Shown piece after piece: positions 56,601 through 61,599 of a stretch of DNA of 61,599 bases. The stretch is from a virus. Taxonomy: Duplodnaviria > Caudoviricetes. The stretch covers positions 1-61,599 of IMG/VR virus record IMGVR_UViG_3300006030_000002; one strand, given 5' to 3'. Numbering within the stretch: position 1 is the first letter of the stretch; each line of letters opens with the position of its first letter. The position numbers and the translations under genes were made by a program. The notes beneath the pieces are model-generated. The model saw nothing but the letters and a program-made list of their open reading frames with translations, was not told the origin of the DNA and searched no databases.

Positions 56601-56858
56601 GTAATCTGTGAAGCCGAGTTTGGCCCCCACCATGGCTGGTATGAGGTCCGTGCCGGTAGAAAGAAGTTGCCCTGCGCCACGGGCAAGACCTTGACCAGCC
56701 GTCTGGAAGAAGCCCGTATTTTCTTTGAGCAGCCGCTGACCTTCTTCTTGGTCTAGCTGTTGTTGAACAACGGAAAAAAGTTGTTCTGGCGGGGTGTTAT
56801 CCGGGGCTTCGATACGATGGATACGTCCATCCGGCCCTTTGATACGGTGGATTGCCAT
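50679..56858 (-). CDS. large polyvalent ejection protein with ART-PolyVal ADP-ribosyltransferase, zincin metallopeptidase and PLxRFG-like region
   Basis: 2059 aa; AFRAWFGDSKVVDENGNPLRVYHGT...GIYF...GYDGII...EVVAFRPEQIKS; HEVMH; GYVPFLRGKGDFW; last gene of the virion arm. Confidence 0.8.
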   Translation of the reverse strand: MAIHRIKGPDGRIHRIEAPDNTPPEQLFSVVQQQLDQEEGQRLLKENTGFFQTAGQGLARGAGQLLSTGTDLIPAMVGAKLGFTDYAKEQMQEYAEKEAAREQKYPTLFRSYKEIEGLGDFAKYATEKISEQGANIAAAVIPGVGVGSLAGRAAVAPITRRLAAEAAEKGLAKEAAEQYVKQGLRTAITTSPEVGTAVARGQLAGTYLGSYALNAPEIFQNIYEETGGELAPGAAALFSLGSAALDSILPAQLSKQVSGPMRAAIVGKVLEKSGMDKGLVRPLTTAFVKGATTEGLTEGAQEAISIAAEKFVGDNPLVFGSKEWNRIMESAVAGAVAGGAFSTAGRSVEKLRESAEQKRQEAAKAEAEGRAQEAEQLRQEAARIEQEAEAASAQIEAAQRPTTEAEQEAYGVGETTGPYSPVQQFGAITPQEFKKQEAQFKKDQQALKERLAEYTPESFVSEEGKPLVKKGELDLAGLAQQPSPIEQTLQKAESPLDQLQQRGMRKGELGLEQMRDIGWNEDWNALVPNIAELRQPEFRKALTSDVTIPVETRQGIIEAAKKATLPDGTPIVPKSAKYSYPDITSTKIDDLRKISKEVFGVGASASFLRQPPGKNIGEGGIAGLDLANPEHAPQIRAVLEGLLEGSEYRNRTTVEGASEKLERLLSRLPSAEGEQRVTGIDTEAGGAGVEAPVAGGTPGGAAVPAEPTERGGVGAPEVTPRRIVGGKETQPGALVEEEVPVEEKIEDLRSQLSRRKNLTPEEIKALEAEAAASEAPVEPLSSKEQRKAAKEVIGEHYLDPDSHLYLPKYQGPEFDATQRAFAERGDINGLLRNLLDSTRDPAIKQVLRRLRSLNLKTKLVIGDPTGPLSLENPAFRAWFGDSKVVDENGNPLRVYHGTDKDFVSFDVARAGENTDFGIYGRGIYFAADPSTANAYAADNSGAKVLPVFVAIKNPYYWPEEKRVVRSRSEAEALSRELEAQGYDGIIIASGKKMEVVAFRPEQIKSAIGNIGTYDPTNPDIRYAANKSGSYDPATDTIMLDPKGGMNAHTFIHEVMHAAVSKVLANSNHPLTKDFEKFFLSIKDRMGGAYGGTNLQEFAAELISNPSFQALLKTIKTPKSESLFMAFLRKIAEFFGFARGTTAFDTGLKFIHDTIDITNGIEASLGERMFLGDGDMSLVAKAGNAMPPLVGRTVESTRNLISKLTESGTLLEEALGAFRLDNLIKMYGKELPSISTLQDVLEKRAAREELDIRGVNKTYTDAVAVQQKFPAQMRKMDELSIEASKKEVDITKPFKKKQLSPKRLERMSPTQLNVFNSAEAKREDEHRLLRDQYLKLPPEVRKVYETIRQEYDEAFYRYRQLLEKAAEGNESLTATLKDEFELNHPLTGYVPFLRGKGDFWLEFVNPENDAPVSMVFDTVRERDQFIAQNLKGIDHRKFQRLEDIAYSANRVPPTHFISKVIAGLQSKGASQEHINSVYQAYLAAFPAESIAKQFMTRRGVEGMNKDLIQGYGDLMVRWTRKLNNSEFLPQIDQALIQLAQEASEQSPSVVAVAKSILRQKDFFHNPTYGKIVHGATALSYYEFMAGNISSGIINLTSLPLMVFPILSGRFGLQAPGALISAMREAAPGNDWASNPKYAALYSALMEHGQLEHTVAREVLEGRRKTTGEFNSFGAKVMELVSIPFTVSEKFNRASTAIAAYNLEYERTKDKEAAIKYALDTVRTAHTSGMAVTGSRWFQTPIGRIFGTFKAIIWQHAFVIARAFYEAAAGKDADVRNAARKQLVAMYGMATAFVGVKGMPFYGATSLIIEMIASLFGDDEKPFNLDDILRENLPMWLYKGFANYLLNAEISSRAALASDIIFRDDPRGIAENGYFLSAMQQAAGPLGSIGINTERSIKYFKNGEIQRGLEAILPSALRNPLKAWRYSQEGVVTRDGLPIMEDINAYNVAMQVVGFAPADLSNRYEMLSSGRQYQRETQERRQGALRLFEMAVKSGSVATYYEAMDRIQKFNDAHPEFAITEESLQRSDRATKAAEKNTIYGVRFNKNLIPELRREIFGDEE

Positions 56859-56898
56859 ATTTTCCTTTCCGGCACTTCATGGCGTGCCTGCCAAAAAG

Positions 56899-58929
56899 TT
56901 ACTCTCTACCTAAATACTCAAATGGTGGACGCCCAGCCTGTTGTTGCTGACCAGTTGGCGCACCAAACGCACCAAAATTCCCGCTACGAGTATTTTGCAT
57001 ATCAGTGATGAACTCTACCATCTTTTTACGGCGGTACTCTTCAAACTGTTTGTCAAAGTCTGTGTTCTGACCGGGTTTTGGAGCGTTTCTTGGGTCGCCC
57101 TTACCTTGAGTCTTACTCACAAAAAACTCTCCACGCATTTTTGGTTCGTTGGTTTTACCCAAGAATCTATCTTCAATCTTCATCATATCGCTTGCACTAA
57201 GTTTGGGAGCACCCGCACCCCCTGCAATACGGGCAAGCGTTGCTGCCATTTTGGCATCAGACCCATACATGCTGGTAGCGCCGACAATACTCTTACCGAG
57301 AAGATCCACGGCTTGCTCTTCAGTTCTAACACCAGCGTTAATTGCTGAAGTGAACATAAATTGGTTACGAGCGGCACGGCGGTCAAGCGCTTTGTCCATC
57401 TCCGCAATTTGTTTGTCGCGGTCGCCAATCTTTTCAGCACGACGAGCCTGTTCGATATGGGCCAGCATGCGCTGGTTTTCTTTCTGCGCTTTCTTCATAT
57501 CGGCAGCGGCTTTTTGCCAGTCTTCAGCGCCAACCATAGCACCCGCCCCAATATTCTGAAGTGCGTACCGGGACGTACCTGCCATCATGGCAAGGCCAGC
57601 CTTGAAGATAGCCATGTTTTTGGCTTGTTCTCTTTCAACGCCCATGCCTTCTGCTTCTTTAAGAAGATCTTTTTCAAGCCTTTCATACGCCTGACCGGGC
57701 ACCGTCCCCATCAAACGCTCGCGTTCAGCCTTTCTTTCGTCTGCAATCTTGGCTTCCTCGGCCTCAAACTTAGGCCGTTCTGTTTCAAAAATACTTGTGG
57801 GGGTTTTGATCTTTGCCCGTTCGGTGGCAACCGCACGTTGTATCTGCGAAAAAAGATCCCCAAAGCTGGAACCTTCAGCCCCAGCACCAGCCCCAGCGCC
57901 AACGCCCGTTCCACCAGCACCCGGACCAGCACCCGGCCCACCAGTACCCGCTCCACCAGCACCTTCATCTTTTGGAGCACCTTGTCCAGCAGCGGCAGCG
58001 GCTTCTGCTTGCCTTCTTTTCTCTGCAATCGCCGCAATTCCGGCTTGAGTATTACCAAACGGATTCAGCATACCAAGGGCTGCACGCGAACGAACCCCAA
58101 CGTCCCCCAAAAAGCTAGGCTCTTCACCGGGTTTAAGTTGCATGCCGTAGTATTCACGCGCTGCATCCGTATCAAGGTTTGCCACATCTACTCCGGTTGA
58201 CACAAGATCTGCTAGTGCAAGAGGACCGGCAAATTTTCCTGCTAACCGTGCACCGCCCTTTAGAATTCCAGAGCCGCCTTCCATCGAGGGCAACCGAATG
58301 TCGGGGTTAAACATCTTTGGCTGCATACCACGCCTAATTGATTCAAACCTTGACGGCCCACTCGCAGCCTGACTAGCAGTTTGAGCAGCGGCTTCAGCGG
58401 CAGCAGCCCCCGGTCCAGCGGTTTTAGCGGCTTCGGCAGCAGCCTTGGCTGCATCTCTCGCTGCCCTTATTTTGTCAAGTTGTTGCTGGCGAATAAGGTC
58501 GTCCATTATTGCTTCTGCAAGCGGATCCCCACCCTTAGAAAGTGCAACAACGCCGCCTCCCGCATAATGGTCCACCATCCCACCATCTTCAAACGCAACA
58601 ATTCCACCTTCTGCATAATTTTGAGGCAGGTTAGACGGTAGCTGCTCAACGCCACCAGCACCACTATTCATTTCTGCACCCATCAAGCTGCCCATGCCTT
58701 GGGCTTCCTGCATCACCTGTTCGGCAACCGTGGGCATTTCTTTGGGTGATGGCTGTTGCAGTGCTTTCTGTTGCTCAAATTGTTTTTGCATCCGAGTCTT
58801 TAACTCGATTGCTGGAATAGCCAGATAGGCGGGGAACCGCCCCAGCTTCATCCCTTGCTGAATTTGAGATATGGAGAGTTTATCCAACAGCCCCATCATT
58901 TGCCGCATACCGCCAGCCATTATGCTCAT
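56899..58929 (-). CDS. internal virion/ejection protein
   Basis: 676 aa, Ala/Gly/Gln-rich and helical; position before the large ejection protein. Confidence 0.6.
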   Translation of the reverse strand: MSIMAGGMRQMMGLLDKLSISQIQQGMKLGRFPAYLAIPAIELKTRMQKQFEQQKALQQPSPKEMPTVAEQVMQEAQGMGSLMGAEMNSGAGGVEQLPSNLPQNYAEGGIVAFEDGGMVDHYAGGGVVALSKGGDPLAEAIMDDLIRQQQLDKIRAARDAAKAAAEAAKTAGPGAAAAEAAAQTASQAASGPSRFESIRRGMQPKMFNPDIRLPSMEGGSGILKGGARLAGKFAGPLALADLVSTGVDVANLDTDAAREYYGMQLKPGEEPSFLGDVGVRSRAALGMLNPFGNTQAGIAAIAEKRRQAEAAAAAGQGAPKDEGAGGAGTGGPGAGPGAGGTGVGAGAGAGAEGSSFGDLFSQIQRAVATERAKIKTPTSIFETERPKFEAEEAKIADERKAERERLMGTVPGQAYERLEKDLLKEAEGMGVEREQAKNMAIFKAGLAMMAGTSRYALQNIGAGAMVGAEDWQKAAADMKKAQKENQRMLAHIEQARRAEKIGDRDKQIAEMDKALDRRAARNQFMFTSAINAGVRTEEQAVDLLGKSIVGATSMYGSDAKMAATLARIAGGAGAPKLSASDMMKIEDRFLGKTNEPKMRGEFFVSKTQGKGDPRNAPKPGQNTDFDKQFEEYRRKKMVEFITDMQNTRSGNFGAFGAPTGQQQQAGRPPFEYLGRE

Positions 58930-58930
58930 C

Positions 58931-60373
58931 TCAGTCTCCTGCCAACGCTTTGTTCAGCGCGAGGGTATCAATACCATCCCCACCCGACATCAGGCCACCC
59001 GCTTTTGCACCTCTACCCATCAATCCGGACAAACCTGCTGCGGCTGTGCCTAATCCGGCAAGTTGACCGCCCAAAGGAGGAGCGGCCTGATACTGAGTTG
59101 TGGTTGTACCCGGTACCGCATACCCACGCAACAACGCATTCATCATCTGAAGGTTGGTCATGGGTCGTTCTTGCGCCATTGCGTAATTCTGAATCATTTG
59201 ATTGATTCTCTGCTGTTCAAGCTGACGTTGACGCTCGCCCATACCAAACTGGAACTCAGAGACATCACGTAGCTGCCCAAACCGTTTGCCGGTAATGTCA
59301 GCCAACTGCCCACCCATCTGACCCATCAATCCGTAACCACCAAGCCCGGTTTGAACGCCTTGAAGCCCCATGCCAGCGCCTTTCATACCCAATTCAGCAC
59401 CAGCCAATTGCCTATCCAAACCTTGCAACCCCGTTTGGGCACCTTGAATACCAACCCCATAAAGTTGACCAGCTTGCCCCAAACCTTGTGATTCCAGTTG
59501 CGCCCGCTGATTAATGTTTTGCTGTGCTTGATCAAACGCCTTTTGAAGTCCTTGCGCTTGAATGTTTCCGAGTTGGCTTCCAAGCGCCTTGTCTGCTTCA
59601 GCTTGTTCAATAAAACGACGCGATCCACCAAATGCGCCAGCACGAGCAGCGGCGGCTTTACGTCCTTGCTCCATAATTTTTGCTTGGGTCGCTGCGTCTT
59701 CTTGCTGCTTGGCAACCACATTCTGCATATACGGCGACATGTACTTTTGATATTCGCCGGGGGTAGTAGCCATTTGCTCATACAACCCACCCAACCCAGC
59801 CGCACGCGGGGCAAGACCAGCAGCGGCCCCGCCGTATCCAGCACCCATGCCCCCCAGCCGCCCGCCTTCTTCGACACCAAGTTTTTGCCCAGCCGCCCCG
59901 GCTTGTTGTCCAATAACACCATACCCAAGTGCTTGGTCCCCGGCGTATTTACCTAAGTAACCCGCGTCTTCCGCAAACTGTTCCGCGCGTCCAAATTTTT
60001 CATCAATAATTGCCCGCCCTTCTGGACTACCCATCCAGTTAGCCAAATTGACAGCGTTCTCTTGCCCCGGGCGAAGCCCGGCTACGTAATCTTCACCACG
60101 AGTGCTGAATGGCACAAAAGGTTTATTGCCGGTAATAATGAAATTACCTTCAGGGTCGTTATAACCCTGAAAAAGCTCTCGCCCAGCATGCTGGAGCAAC
60201 CCACGCACCTGTGGGTAAAACTCTTCTGGGATGTTTGACTGAACAACTTGCTGGGTGCCACCACCACCGCCGCCACTGCCGCAGAAGTAACCACCGCCAA
60301 GTTTGGGAACGGTGACGCACTCACCAAGAGGTTCGCCAAGGGCTTCAAGTTCGTACTTTGAGATGTAGCTCAT
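58931..60373 (-). CDS. internal virion/ejection protein (P22 gp7-like position)
   Basis: 480 aa Gly/Gln-rich; YMSPYMQNV, GAFGGSR motifs. Confidence 0.65.
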   Translation of the reverse strand: MSYISKYELEALGEPLGECVTVPKLGGGYFCGSGGGGGGTQQVVQSNIPEEFYPQVRGLLQHAGRELFQGYNDPEGNFIITGNKPFVPFSTRGEDYVAGLRPGQENAVNLANWMGSPEGRAIIDEKFGRAEQFAEDAGYLGKYAGDQALGYGVIGQQAGAAGQKLGVEEGGRLGGMGAGYGGAAAGLAPRAAGLGGLYEQMATTPGEYQKYMSPYMQNVVAKQQEDAATQAKIMEQGRKAAAARAGAFGGSRRFIEQAEADKALGSQLGNIQAQGLQKAFDQAQQNINQRAQLESQGLGQAGQLYGVGIQGAQTGLQGLDRQLAGAELGMKGAGMGLQGVQTGLGGYGLMGQMGGQLADITGKRFGQLRDVSEFQFGMGERQRQLEQQRINQMIQNYAMAQERPMTNLQMMNALLRGYAVPGTTTTQYQAAPPLGGQLAGLGTAAAGLSGLMGRGAKAGGLMSGGDGIDTLALNKALAGD

Positions 60374-60801
60374 ATCAATACCTCTACGAGAGTGTTTCTT
60401 GGTTCAAAGTTGTAGCGTTTCCACAAACGCACGATGGCGTCACGTCCATAACCTTGAATCTTGGTTGCACCACTTGCTTTAAGGATTGTTTTCAGTTGCT
60501 GAAACGTATCGTCATTTGAAATCAGTTTGCCGCCAATTGTGGTGATAAACGCCACACGGTGCAGTGGGTAGTTGATGAAGGACACCGTGCAGGCTCCATG
60601 AATCCGTGCCTCTTCGTCTATGGCAACAATCAACGTCCACTGCCCAGACACAAGAAACTGAAGAACATGGTCAGTGTTGTACGTAGCTGCCCAATCAGGA
60701 AAATCGTGCCCTTTAGTGAGCGCGTCATCCACATACTGCCTGACGTGCGGCCACGTTTGGTTTATGTAATTGACGCCAACTGGGACTATTTTTAGGTTCA
60801 T
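60370..60801 (-). CDS. GNAT-fold-like protein (P22 gp14 / T7 gp13 position)
   Basis: 143 aa; GACTVSFINYP...TIGG...GATKIQGYGR...WKRYNF. Confidence 0.55.
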   Translation of the reverse strand: MNLKIVPVGVNYINQTWPHVRQYVDDALTKGHDFPDWAATYNTDHVLQFLVSGQWTLIVAIDEEARIHGACTVSFINYPLHRVAFITTIGGKLISNDDTFQQLKTILKASGATKIQGYGRDAIVRLWKRYNFEPRNTLVEVLI

Positions 60802-61599
60802 TTATGCTTCATGAGGGAAACGATACCGCCGCTGCGCCGTGCAAACGGGTCTTTACCCCCGTACATGTTATAAGTATTTCTGGCTTGTTCAGCGGCATAC
60901 CTAGCACCTGCTTCATCACCGGGTTTAGCCATAAACGCTCTGGTTGATGGGGCAAACGATTCAACATACCTACGGTAGTCATCCGACATAAGCCGCTGGT
61001 AAGTTCGGTCATATGCATTTTGGGCAGAAGTAAAGGGGCTGGTATCACCCGCAAATCGCGGATCCCCACCCGGCTTGGGAGCGGCGTATTGATCACGGTA
61101 AGTTCCGTACCCACCGCTTGGAACATAAGGTCTTTCAGGTGCAGCAGGTCCAAACCCATCCTTAATCTCCGAAGCAGAACGGGAAGACATAGACGGTGCC
61201 GGTTCGGGTTGAGGAATAGTCGGAACCTGTGGTGCTGCCGCCGGGATAGTGAGTGGTTTAGCGAACCCCGGTGCTGGGGTAGCAGCTTTTTGTTGAACCA
61301 CTTCCGCAGGGCCACCAGTAAGCATGTCAGGTGCCGGTTCGGGTGCCGGGGGTGGAGTTGGCGTTACCGGTTGGTTGGTAAGAAACTCGGGGGGAAGTTG
61401 GGCTGGGCCTTTGAAACCACCGAGATCTGGGGGCAATTTATTACGCATGGGGTTGTAACCAAACCCACCATCCGTACCGCCAAACCCACCATCCATACCG
61501 CCACGCGGAGGCCCAACAACACCACCAACTTCACCACGCATTCCACCAAACCCACCATCCATACCGCCACGCGGAGGCCCAACAACACCACCAACTTCA
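60798..61599 (-). CDS. 3' part of the end-spanning low-complexity protein (Gly repeats then Pro-rich region)
   Basis: In frame with the ORF starting at 731; stop overlaps the start of 60370..60801. Confidence 0.8.
   Translation of the reverse strand, partial: EVGGVVGPPRGGMDGGFGGMRGEVGGVVGPPRGGMDGGFGGTDGGFGYNPMRNKLPPDLGGFKGPAQLPPEFLTNQPVTPTPPPAPEPAPDMLTGGPAEVVQQKAATPAPGFAKPLTIPAAAPQVPTIPQPEPAPSMSSRSASEIKDGFGPAAPERPYVPSGGYGTYRDQYAAPKPGGDPRFAGDTSPFTSAQNAYDRTYQRLMSDDYRRYVESFAPSTRAFMAKPGDEAGARYAAEQARNTYNMYGGKDPFARRSGGIVSLMKHK
61495..61599. repeat. 66-bp tandem repeat, right part; last 39 nt identical to 1-39
   Basis: Direct sequence identity. Confidence 0.95.

Noticed and set aside
61561-61599. 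39-bp terminal identity as a biological direct terminal repeat
   Set aside because: It lies inside a coding 66-bp tandem repeat, so it is better explained as an assembly break or overlap. For the same reason circularity is likely but not proven.

Overview
The window looks like an essentially complete ~61.6 kb tailed dsDNA phage genome with podovirus-like gene order; a proteobacterial host is inferred. It reads as a circle broken inside a 66-bp tandem repeat (61561-61599 = 1-39). It has two arms. The minus-strand morphogenesis arm runs from terminase (29042) through portal, GroES, scaffold, major capsid, small Lys/Gly-rich proteins, tail and fiber genes, holin and lysozyme, and a nozzle-like protein, then across the sequence end into the ejection proteins. 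It ends in a 2059-aa polyvalent protein with ADP-ribosyltransferase and metallopeptidase domains. The plus-strand early/replication arm (29549-50663) carries sigma70-type promoters, a DenV-like glycosylase, an AAA-VWA-DUF3150 module, winged-helix proteins, VRR-NUC, a family A polymerase (Leu762 type), a Cas4-like exonuclease, an SNF2 helicase, an SSB-like protein and a primase-helicase. I found no integrase, tRNA, CRISPR array or reverse transcriptase. The strongest unexplained signals are non-coding. (i) Twelve copies of a 20-bp palindrome TWATTAAA-N4-TTTAATAA are confined to 29.4-39.0 kb. (ii) An 8-mer GGAGAGTG precedes the start of nine plus-strand genes. (iii) A promoter-driven, highly structured ~190-nt RNA (44205-44396) carries the exact antisense of that 8-mer, with up to 13 nt of perfect match. 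Together these suggest a two-layer early regulon: a protein operator plus a multi-target antisense RNA. All family assignments come from motif recognition by eye, not database searches.
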